From sequence record DRR723986_646: a stretch of DNA of 64,000 nt, one strand, 5' to 3'. Under the pieces are notes generated by a model. It was not told the origin of the DNA and did not search any database. It saw only the letters and a list, made by a program, of their open reading frames with translations. Of the stretch, positions 29,491-37,619 are shown one piece after another (positions within the stretch are counted from its first letter, which is position 1; each line of letters starts with the position of its first letter). The translations under genes were made by a program, and so were the position numbers.

Positions 29491-30418
29491 GCTCTCTCGG
29501 TATAGCGGTGCGCTGACCGGACTAGCGGTAGGAGATGCGCTCGGCACAGCGCTGGAGTTTAAGCAGCCAGGGACCTTTGAGCCCATCGAAGACATCATCG
29601 GGGGTGGGCCATTCGGCTTGCAGCCAGGAGAGTGGACAGACGATACATCTATGGCCCTCTGCCTCGCCAAGAGCTTGGTGGAAAAGCAAGGATTCGACGC
29701 CAACGACCAGATGGCGCGCTACGTGCGTTGGTGGAAGCAAGGCTACATGAGCTCCAATGGCAGATGCTTTGATATCGGAGTCACAACATCACAGGCATTA
29801 TCGAGATTTTTGAAAAGTGGAGACCCTTTCTCGGGAGACACAGAAACTTTTTCAGCTGGCAACGGCTCTCTCATGCGATTGGCACCAATTCCCATGGCAT
29901 TTGCGTCAATGGAAAACACTTTGTGGGAGATTGCCGCGAAAAGTTCAGCAACAACCCATGCCACACGTACCTGTCTGGATGCCTGCAGCTTTTATGCTTC
30001 ACTGATTGCAATGGCTCTAAAGGGTATCGATAAGGCGGCTATCCTCGATCCCACCGCAATCCCTGCCAAGCTACGTATACCGGAGGCCGCCAGTGAAGTA
30101 TTGGCGGTTGCTGAGGGAAGCTATAAGCACAAAAAGCCACCAGAGATTCGAGGATCGGGCTACGTGGTTGATTCTTTGGAAGCGTCTCTCTGGGCTTTCT
30201 ATCACTCGGATACCTTTGAGCAGGGAGCTCTAATGGCTGTTAACCTGGGCGATGACGCCGATACGACCGGCGCAATCTACGGTCAACTTGCTGGCGCTTA
30301 CTATGGAATTGAAGGCATACCTGAAAAGTGGAGGAATATCATCGTAAACAACGCCTTAATGAAAGAACTCGCTGAATCCTTATTCACGCTTTCTCAAGGT
30401 ATTGTTGATTCTCGGTAA
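29483..30418 (+). CDS. ADP-ribosylglycohydrolase family protein
   Basis: GDALG, WTDDTSM, CFDIG, GNGSLMRLAP, TTH and VNLGDDADTTGAIYGQLAGA motifs; overlaps the phosphatase stop. Confidence 0.93.
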   Translation: MNELSRYSGALTGLAVGDALGTALEFKQPGTFEPIEDIIGGGPFGLQPGEWTDDTSMALCLAKSLVEKQGFDANDQMARYVRWWKQGYMSSNGRCFDIGVTTSQALSRFLKSGDPFSGDTETFSAGNGSLMRLAPIPMAFASMENTLWEIAAKSSATTHATRTCLDACSFYASLIAMALKGIDKAAILDPTAIPAKLRIPEAASEVLAVAEGSYKHKKPPEIRGSGYVVDSLEASLWAFYHSDTFEQGALMAVNLGDDADTTGAIYGQLAGAYYGIEGIPEKWRNIIVNNALMKELAESLFTLSQGIVDSR

Positions 30419-30453
30419 AAGGGGTCAGCGGTAAAAGGGGTCAGAGCCCTTTT
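30413..30453. repeat. Tandem 16-bp duplication plus hairpin at the end of the ARH gene
   Basis: CGGTAAAAGGGGTCAG at 30413-30428 and 30429-30444; the second copy forms the hairpin AAAAGGG-GTCAGAG-CCCTTTT. Confidence 0.8.
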
Positions 30454-30527
30454 ATGGAGCCCTTTCATGCTGAACCCTTTTTTCACTTTTGTTCTTTTTT
30501 TCAGTCCGTCCCGCGCCACTGGTGCGG

Positions 30528-30866
30528 TTAGCTTTCGGAACCACCTGGAACTTGAGGCGGTGATTCCAAGGCGCGTTTTACAACGTCTGCAATGCTGTCC
30601 CTAGTTATCGACTTTCGCTCGCAGTAACTGGAATCCAGCCAATCTACCATGTCCTTTGCGCCCTTGCTGGCATTACAGGAAGAACAGCAGCGTGCGATAT
30701 TTTCACGGGTAACTATTCGGGCATCGTTGACGATGTGCTCCCAAGTCGGGATCGTCTTGCGGGAGGTGTGCTCAATAGCAAAATCGACGTGACAGTAAAC
30801 ACACACTTGGTCGCGTTCGATTACTTCGCGCTCAAGCCAGTCCGGTATGTTCCAACTGTTTGCCAT
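30528..30866 (-). CDS. Small HNH endonuclease
   Basis: RDQVCVYC..TWEHIV..NIARCCSSCNASKG (CxxC, H, N, CxxCN). Confidence 0.85.
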   Translation of the reverse strand: MANSWNIPDWLEREVIERDQVCVYCHVDFAIEHTSRKTIPTWEHIVNDARIVTRENIARCCSSCNASKGAKDMVDWLDSSYCERKSITRDSIADVVKRALESPPQVPGGSES

Positions 30867-31135
30867 GACGCGACTATAGCAAAGGCGTTGTAGCGTTGCT
30901 CCCCTGCTCGTCTATCGGCTTAGTAAGCCCGTTCTGCTCCACTGGTGGGTAAACCCCGCAGGACGTAGGCAGATGCCCCAGGCGCAGGGTCATAGTGGCT
31001 CGGTGGGACAATCAGGGGAACATCAGAAGTGTCCGCTTTCACGTCATAGTCGACATATTGATGCTTGCATGAAATTACTTATATGCATGGAGTTCCGGCT
31101 CAGCTATTTTTAATAGCTATAACTAAAAAATTTTT

Positions 31136-31206
31136 GTTGACTCGGGTCAACCTTTTAGCAAGTGCATTCGATAGGCCTTGAAAGATTTTTGCCGGATTTC
31201 TATTGT
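31136..31206 (+). promoter_or_regulatory. Sigma70-type promoter with upstream palindromic operator
   Basis: -35 TTGAAA (31178-31183), 17-nt spacer, -10 TATTGT (31201-31206); palindrome GTTGAC-TCGG-GTCAAC at 31136-31151. Confidence 0.6.
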
Positions 31207-31211
31207 TTTAA

Positions 31212-31290
31212 CCGTCAAAGGCACAACCGACGCGAGTCGGTGTCGCAAAGCTGCGGGTCTTTCTTAACAGAAGATAGCCGGGCTTCCATA
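31212..31290 (+). ncRNA. Cyclic di-GMP-I (GEMM) riboswitch
   Basis: AAAGGCACAACC-GAC-GCGA-GTC-GGTGTCGCAAAGCTGCGGGTCT...AGATAGCCGGGCTTCC: P2 with a GNRA tetraloop, GCAAAG junction, GGTCT/GATAGCC receptor in P3, terminal CC. Lies 5' of a secreted-protein gene. Confidence 0.85.
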
Positions 31291-31353
31291 CTCGTAATAT
31301 TCACTCAATTGGACAGTCTTTCTCTTGAAAGACACGATATGGGAAACATGCCA

Positions 31354-31890
31354 ATGAAGAAATTATCAGGAGCGTTAGCGGCGGGAACAATCGCGATAGC
31401 AAGTACTCAGGCACTGGCTATGGGTGCTATTAGTGGGGGCGGTCAGCTCATCGAAGACGGCAACAAAATTAGCTTCGGTGTCTGGGCAAACGATGTGCCT
31501 GGAGTAAGTGTCGAGGGCGAGATTCAGGTGAATTTTCATAGTACATCAACGTTCAGCAAGAAGAAGTTTCATGGAACTATGGTCGGCACCCCGAACTTCT
31601 TCCCACCCAACAGTGAGACGTGCAATTCGGCAGCCAACGTTACCTTTGCGGGAACGTTTGATGGCGAGCCGGGTTGGGAAGTAATCCTTCGAGTCGGTGA
31701 AGCGGGGCCTCCCGGCCAGGCTACAATGACGGCCTTCGACACTGTACGAATAGAATTATTCGATCCTGCTTCAGCTAAATGGTATGACACCGATGGGGGA
31801 GATTTTTTACGACAAAGCTCATGTGTTGGATCTGCCAGAACTGGGCTAGATCGCGGTAACGTTACTATAGAAATCGCGGAGCCGATCTAG
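31354..31890 (+). CDS. Hypothetical secreted beta-rich protein (~178 aa)
   Basis: Signal peptide MKKLSGALAAGTIAIASTQALA, two Cys, terminator downstream. Alternative ATGs at 31339 and 31348. The 31162 ORF start would run through the riboswitch. Confidence 0.75.
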   Translation: MKKLSGALAAGTIAIASTQALAMGAISGGGQLIEDGNKISFGVWANDVPGVSVEGEIQVNFHSTSTFSKKKFHGTMVGTPNFFPPNSETCNSAANVTFAGTFDGEPGWEVILRVGEAGPPGQATMTAFDTVRIELFDPASAKWYDTDGGDFLRQSSCVGSARTGLDRGNVTIEIAEPI

Positions 31891-31921
31891 CTTCGGTTTT
31901 GCTTAACCGTCGATTCCAATG

Positions 31922-31950
31922 AAGGGGGCGTTTGCGCCCCCTTTTTATTT
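31922..31950 (+). terminator. Rho-independent terminator
   Basis: AAGGGGGCG-TTTG-CGCCCCCTT followed by TTTATTT. Confidence 0.9.
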
Positions 31951-32073
31951 GTGATGCTGCCATACAGACCGATGGTAGGCGAAAGCCGACCATTGGCCAG
32001 AATTAACCCCGGCAGGCTGAAAAGGGACCGCTTTCACCTCTTTTGAGTCGTTATGGAGAATCTTTGCAATCCT

Positions 32074-32373
32074 CTAATCAGTACTTGCGGTATCACAGGC
32101 CCGCAGTATTCCGCCTCCGCGTTTCTGTAGGTACATCTCAATAGCACCGACGATCACAACGCCTGGCCATAACGCGAATGGTCCCGCCTCTACCGATTCA
32201 ATGAAAATCATTAAGATTGGCATTAGCCAAACAGTAATTGGTAGGGCGACCATCGTACCGATTGCTCCGACTATTCCCATCCAGTCATCTGCCACCCGCC
32301 ACATAATCCAGATGTTGTAGCCCAGAGCAGTCATTGCCAAAACTCTGATGACTGTGTGCAGTATTACCGTCAC
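32074..32373 (-). CDS. Hypothetical membrane protein
   Basis: About three hydrophobic segments; AAGGAG RBS before GTG. Confidence 0.65.
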   Translation of the reverse strand: MTVILHTVIRVLAMTALGYNIWIMWRVADDWMGIVGAIGTMVALPITVWLMPILMIFIESVEAGPFALWPGVVIVGAIEMYLQKRGGGILRACDTASTD

Positions 32374-32518
32374 AAAATCTCCTTGATTTTCCTAACAAAT
32401 TCGAAAGAGGGTCAACGCATCCAGAGTCGCGCTGAATATACGCTTAGTGAGGGGTGTCCGCTTTCACCTCAAAGGGGAACTGATCTCAAGGGGTAAGTTA
32501 ACCCCGTTGCCAAGAAAT

Positions 32519-33187
32519 CTAATCGAAATCAGTTAGCTGTCTAGCATCAACATACGCATGATAGACACCGAATTTTTCGAGGTTCTTGGGTAATCCCAAC
32601 ACTGCATGAATCATCCGCGTAGCACCTTGCCATTCCTGCTCCGTGGCAGGGCCGTCCATGTCTGCAGCATTCGTAAAATCAAGAAAAACCAAAGCACTAC
32701 CTATGCCATTCAGCTTGGTCAGCCAATACTGGTAAGCCAGCCTATTTGCATATTGGTAGAACGTGCTAGACCAAACGGCCTTACTGCGAGGTGCCAAGTG
32801 TTTCCTCGTAGCGTTTAAGCTCTTTTCTATCAATGCGAATGACTTAGGGGAAGCCTTTGACCCTGGTGAGGCGGCCTCAGGTATGTGGGCCTTGGCCTCC
32901 AATATGATTCGTTTACCCTTTGAAGTGATGCCCAGCCCATCCCAGACAGCACCTCGTGGCGGCCAGAATTCACTCAATGGCACCCTCAGGTCGCTCGGGG
33001 AGATATCAAGCTTGCGTAGGGCTGCGGTATCTCGATATTCGATATAATCATCTTCCGAAAGGGGTGATATCCAAGAGACACTCTCCCTCCTTTCAAGGGC
33101 TCCAGCCTTCTTCAACGCAAGCCTGAGCAGTTCAGGTCTTTCGTTTACTGCCAATTGCAGCAATCGCTGACTACCTAGGGTTTCCAT
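32519..33187 (-). CDS. Hypothetical protein, probable PD-(D/E)xK nuclease fold
   Basis: FWPPRGAVWDGLG..IILEAKAH..E pattern and YQYANRLA; AGGTG RBS. Confidence 0.65.
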   Translation of the reverse strand: METLGSQRLLQLAVNERPELLRLALKKAGALERRESVSWISPLSEDDYIEYRDTAALRKLDISPSDLRVPLSEFWPPRGAVWDGLGITSKGKRIILEAKAHIPEAASPGSKASPKSFALIEKSLNATRKHLAPRSKAVWSSTFYQYANRLAYQYWLTKLNGIGSALVFLDFTNAADMDGPATEQEWQGATRMIHAVLGLPKNLEKFGVYHAYVDARQLTDFD

Positions 33188-33274
33188 TCACCTGACCTAA
33201 ATGAGCGCATCCATTTACAATGTAGTTCAAATACCGTTTCTAGGCGAAAGCGGACGTTCGGTTGTAACGTCCGA

Positions 33275-33703
33275 TTATTCCCGCTGACTTGAGTCAACTT
33301 GCTGACTTATGTAACGCCATATGGCGTAAACGATAGTAGATAGGGTAACCAGCCAATATGTCCCATGCATCGCAGGAATCATCAGGCTCGCCAATGGGCC
33401 CTCCGCCTGCTCCGCCAACCAGATACCCATAAAGCTCAACTCCTCGCCCTGCTCAGCCATTGAATGTAACTGACTTATCCCGGCTAAAAGAATATGCATC
33501 TCACTTATCGTCATAGAAAAATTGAGGTAGCCGTATGTGAGATACGAGCCAAGCAAGATAGACAATAGAGCAACATTCAGCCGAATTAGCTGAATAGAGC
33601 AGATTACTAGAACACCAACCGTTATCGTGATGAACACTTCAATTCTCATCACAGATATTTCATTCCCTGACTGAATGATCTGCCATATCTCGGACTCACC
33701 CAT
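33275..33703 (-). CDS. Hypothetical membrane protein
   Basis: Three TM segments; GGAG RBS before ATG 33703. Confidence 0.7.
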   Translation of the reverse strand: MGESEIWQIIQSGNEISVMRIEVFITITVGVLVICSIQLIRLNVALLSILLGSYLTYGYLNFSMTISEMHILLAGISQLHSMAEQGEELSFMGIWLAEQAEGPLASLMIPAMHGTYWLVTLSTIVYAIWRYISQQVDSSQRE

Positions 33704-34134
33704 CTCATAGACTCCAGGCTCATACTCCAAGTAAGAATAGACCGACTTTCGCTAACAGGCGAAAGCGGATCCATCGGGCCATCTCAGCATCAGGATGGAG
33801 ACAACTTCAGGCTTTACTTCATACCGGTATTCCAATCGCACTCCTTGGGATTCATGCAACCACGCGCCACAAACCAGCGAATGTCGCGCACAGCCACTCG
33901 TTTGGCGCAAAGGGCCATGCCTAAAAGAATCGCGAGACGTGACAATAGGCACATCAAGGAACGACGTCATGGATGACGGGTCAGGGATGGCCCATCTTAT
34001 CTAATCGACATCGCATAAGACGATCCCAACCACCGCAATACAGTCACGCTTAGCCCGACTGGACCATCAAGCAAGGCTCGTATAGCCTGCTGCTTTTGCA
34101 GCATGCATGTATCTGTGTGATGGGGGTTAGTACG

Positions 34135-34977
34135 TTGGAATACTGGTTGGCCTGGTTTCATGAGACCCATACAGGGGGCGAAGCCACGGCGATTGCCCGT
34201 GCTGCGGAGAAAATGGGCTTTACCGGGATTGCTCTGTCTGACCACGTGGCTCTTCCCAAGCAACAGCAGGCCCGACATCCAATGCTGGGAATACCCTACG
34301 ACCCCCAGATTCCAATCATTGAGCCCATTACCACTGCGGCGACGATGGCAGCGGTTACCGAGAACCTGTGCTTTATGACCTATGCCTACGTCATGGGTAT
34401 GCGTGAGCCCTTCTCGGTAGCCAAACAGGCTGCTGCCCTGGCTGACCTGAGCAATAACCGCTTCAATCTCGGGATCACTCCGGGTTGGAATAGCGACGAG
34501 ATCGCGCTCCTCGGGCACGATCCCGATACGCGCGGGCCGCGTTTCACTGAATCCATCGACGTGATACGAGGATTATGGACCCACGACCTTTTCTCCTATT
34601 CAGGGAAGCACTACAACTTTGAAGACGTGGGGATTGCGCCCCGCCCGCAACAAGCACCGCCTATCCTGGTGGGTGGCCATACGCCTGCCGCAATTCGGCG
34701 AGCAGCAGAACAAGCTGGCTGGATCGGCATGAACCACAGTCGCGAGGAGTTGCGTCCCCTGCTGGGCAAACTGTCGGAGCTATCCGAAGGCCTTGCGCTG
34801 AGCTACGTCATAGCGGCGGAGCCACCCAGTCACGAGTATCTGGGTGCACTGGAGGAAATGGGTGTTAACGGCGTGGTGTTTATGCCCTGGCCCGTAATGC
34901 AGCAGGAACCGGTACCGCTCGCCAGCAAGCTCGCTGCTATGGAGGCGCTGGCGAGAAAACTGGAGAGCTTCTCCTAG
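34135..34977 (+). CDS. LLM class (putative F420-dependent) oxidoreductase
   Basis: AEKMGFTGIALSDHV, EPITT, LSNNRFNLG..GW..E, PPILVGG..AIRRAA motifs; start is TTG 34135 or ATG 34120. Confidence 0.85.
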   Translation: MEYWLAWFHETHTGGEATAIARAAEKMGFTGIALSDHVALPKQQQARHPMLGIPYDPQIPIIEPITTAATMAAVTENLCFMTYAYVMGMREPFSVAKQAAALADLSNNRFNLGITPGWNSDEIALLGHDPDTRGPRFTESIDVIRGLWTHDLFSYSGKHYNFEDVGIAPRPQQAPPILVGGHTPAAIRRAAEQAGWIGMNHSREELRPLLGKLSELSEGLALSYVIAAEPPSHEYLGALEEMGVNGVVFMPWPVMQQEPVPLASKLAAMEALARKLESFS

Positions 34978-35070
34978 ATATTGCTATGCCAGGCTTGCCC
35001 TACGAGCCCCAGTGAGGACACAAGAATTCTCATCCCTGAGCCTGAAATCGGTCTTGATGCCTATGTGCGA

Positions 35071-35814
35071 CTAGGGCACCCATCGGTCATTCAGCAAAAC
35101 GACTATTTCTCCCGACGCTGCAACAAGACTTTCACGTACCGCCTGTTCAAGCTTTCCCGATTCGGTGTCCAACCAGTCGTCAATGGCATAAACGCCTGAT
35201 TTTCCTGTAAAACTCCTGTATCCGTAATGCGGCACGCGATCGGGCTCTGTGCTCTCGAAATTAGCGCCAATCGTTGTCAGTAGCTGCGCGCCGCCACTTA
35301 CCTTTTGGAACTCAATGTTGTCTATGTAGAGTACAGCCTGCATGGCAGTCGATTCAGGTTCAACGATCATCCCGGGGGGCAGTTTCTCCGAGATTTGTTC
35401 AATCAGAGCCGCTGAAAAATCATGCTTTGCGCTCAAAGAAGCGACCTGCTTCTCCAACTCACGCGCTTCGTCTTCAGGAAATCCTGACAAGCCGTATAGT
35501 ATCCCTGTGGCCCCGCCGGCAATTAGACCACCGCTCATGAGCGCTGTAATGCACAAGCCGTAAAGAAATGGCCCACACGCAATAGCGCCGATCGCAGCCC
35601 CACCTATCGTGCCTGCTGCTGCACCCTTGCCAGCGCCATCCAGGGCTTTCTCTCCCTGGGTCTCAATCTCAACAAAGTTCATGACAGTTCTTGGACTGAC
35701 AAGCGCTATGTTTCCAAACGATCGATCAAATTCTTTCTTTTTGGGTGCCGGCGTACTGCAGGCAGTTATTGATACAGCTATTATGCAGACTACAAATATT
35801 TTGGCTGATCGCAT
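35071..35814 (-). CDS. Hypothetical lipoprotein with glycine-zipper-like segment
   Basis: Lipobox ITAC after a hydrophobic leader; GAGKGAAAGTIGGAAIG..GLIAGGATG segment. Confidence 0.7.
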   Translation of the reverse strand: MRSAKIFVVCIIAVSITACSTPAPKKKEFDRSFGNIALVSPRTVMNFVEIETQGEKALDGAGKGAAAGTIGGAAIGAIACGPFLYGLCITALMSGGLIAGGATGILYGLSGFPEDEARELEKQVASLSAKHDFSAALIEQISEKLPPGMIVEPESTAMQAVLYIDNIEFQKVSGGAQLLTTIGANFESTEPDRVPHYGYRSFTGKSGVYAIDDWLDTESGKLEQAVRESLVAASGEIVVLLNDRWVP

Positions 35815-36159
35815 CGAACCCCCCGTAATACAGTAACTAAGCTGCATTGATTGAAAGTTGAATCGGCCTGGCACCTGGTATCGTTGTTCCTCTTAAGACT
35901 ATAGCTCGTCATATCCGATTGAGACAGACGCCCAATTAAGAAAGACCTCTGACACAAGACGAAGAGCCGGGGTGGTAAATCTGACGAGATATTTTTACCT
36001 CAGAGCCGTCATTCCATCGTAGCAATCAATGCGTCAATTCTCTGGTAGATCGAATTGGCCCCCAGCCGTTTGGATTCGTTGAGGCATGGAGTAATGCAAC
36101 GAATACTTGTAGCCTTGGGAATCTAACGACACGTAAGCCGAGTATCAGAGGAGAATCAC

Positions 36160-36597
36160 ATGAGCCCCGACACGTTATTTCTGGTATGCAATTATGCCGT
36201 TCTACCAGCCTGGTTCCTGCTCTTCCTGGCGCCTCACCACCGCGTCACACAGGTTCTGGTGCATGCGGTATGGGTACCCCTGCTATTGGGCCCATTCTAT
36301 ATATGGGCACTGTTTTTTGGAGACCCTTCACCGGAAGGGGCAGGATTTGGATCGCTTGAAGCAGTCATGCTGCTATTCCAAAGCCCCACAGCAGTGTTAG
36401 GAGGCTGGATTCACTATTTGGTGTTTGACCTGTTTATCGGCGCCTGGATCGTCCGTGACGCCCGACGCCATGGCATAAATCACTGGCTAACGACCCCCCT
36501 GCTGTTCGCCACCCTCATGGCGGGCCCAGCAGGCCTGATGCTCTACTTGCTGCTGCGACTGGCATTAACAAAAACAACCACTCTGCTTGAGTGCTAA
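36160..36597 (+). CDS. ABA4-like (DUF4281) membrane protein
   Basis: LPAWFLL..AP, GWIHYLVFDLFIG.WI..D and TLMAGPAG motifs; GAGGAG RBS. Confidence 0.88.
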   Translation: MSPDTLFLVCNYAVLPAWFLLFLAPHHRVTQVLVHAVWVPLLLGPFYIWALFFGDPSPEGAGFGSLEAVMLLFQSPTAVLGGWIHYLVFDLFIGAWIVRDARRHGINHWLTTPLLFATLMAGPAGLMLYLLLRLALTKTTTLLEC

Positions 36598-36756
36598 GCC
36601 CCTGGGAGGAAAAGGTCCTGTAACCCAGCCCTCTGATCTGTTCGCTTTCATATCGAAGTGGCAGTTTCAGCCAGGCGAAAGCTCGGGAATCAAACCTGTC
36701 TATCACTGCCGATATAGCCGGGCCCGCTATAGCGACAAGTGACTGAAGTCAGACCG

Positions 36757-37332
36757 TCAATTCAGGGCGTCATCAGGCCAGAATTTGGTTCCCTGAAGAG
36801 TAGCCTGCAAAGCGATTCCAGCCTCCGTCAACTGATATACCCTTGTGCCTGGCATTGCCGTAACCGCAGTCTCAACGCCATCGCCCTGCGACTCCGATTC
36901 CAGGTTCATATCAGCCTGGGCTGAAAAGTCCCATCCTTCTGATTCAAACTGTTGCAGGGCTGCATCGGTGTCAAAGACGAAGATCACGGCGAACTGTTTA
37001 ACGCCCATGCCCCAACCGCCACCCGCCGAGAACATTTTGTAATAGGTGTCCTGTCCGTCGCCGTTATCCCGCAAGATGCCTCCCCCGCGCTGGGTCGATA
37101 CCAGCAAGACGTTAATACCGATATTCGAAAACACGGCATAGCCTTTCGCATCCTTAAGCTGCTGTTCCGAACCGGGTTTTTCCTTGAACAACTTTGCCAG
37201 GGCTGCATCTCGCGCCTCCTGAAGTTCCTGCCTTTTGTCTTCAGGGTCCTTCTTGTCCCAGGGCGCCGCATGGGCACCCAGAGCAAAGATGCAAAATGCC
37301 AATAGGAAATATGTTCTTACAAGATTGGACAT
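36757..37332 (-). CDS. YSC84/SYLF lipid-binding domain protein, secreted
   Basis: AKGYAVF, GGGWGMG..VIFVF and LTEAGIALQATLQGTKF motifs; signal peptide. Confidence 0.82.
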   Translation of the reverse strand: MSNLVRTYFLLAFCIFALGAHAAPWDKKDPEDKRQELQEARDAALAKLFKEKPGSEQQLKDAKGYAVFSNIGINVLLVSTQRGGGILRDNGDGQDTYYKMFSAGGGWGMGVKQFAVIFVFDTDAALQQFESEGWDFSAQADMNLESESQGDGVETAVTAMPGTRVYQLTEAGIALQATLQGTKFWPDDALN

Positions 37333-37619
37333 AGAAACCTCTGTTCAGGTGGATCGATAACCCTAATGGTATCCAGATGGCGTCACGGGTGGAAGCAGAC
37401 CATAGGCTCAGCACCATAGATTTGCGCTGACTCGACAAGCTGGCGACATCATCCGCCAAAAAACCTCACTCTATTATCGATTCAGTCGGGGTTTATGATC
37501 CAGTCTGCCATGAGTACGGGCTCGTGCTATTACGAGCCCGCAGGGGCCGCCGGCGGCCTACGACCATTCGATTATGAATAAGGACGCCGCCTGCCCTATA
37601 CTCCTGCAAAAACTACAGG

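Larger units (their letters stand above)
31030..37400. repeat. Family of dispersed intergenic imperfect palindromes, consensus GTCCGCTTTCRCCTCAAAGCGGAC
   Basis: Copies at 31031-31056 (+), 31977-31990 (-), 32026-32040 (+), 32456-32478 (+), 33242-33258 (-) with inverted partner 33266-33273, 33757-33770 (-), 35993-36013 (+), 36640-36653 (+), 36673-36684 (-), and a weak copy at 37387-37400 (-). All are intergenic. Confidence 0.8.

Noticed and set aside
31212-31290. 3',3'-cGAMP (GEMM-Ib) riboswitch
   Set aside because: The discriminating position aligns as G, not A, by manual alignment.
33752-34004. Small overlapping ORFs (72 aa on -, 69 aa on +)
   Set aside because: No recognisable motifs; one runs into a repeat copy; probably decayed or non-coding DNA.
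31030-37400. CRISPR array
   Set aside because: Repeats are degenerate, occur in both orientations and are separated by whole genes; no cas genes.
30400-37500. Classical integron or attC cassette array
   Set aside because: No intI gene, genes lie in mixed orientations, and there are no convincing paired RYYYAAC..GTTRRRY ends. One GTTAGGA upstream of the 32373 start lacks a matching inverse core.
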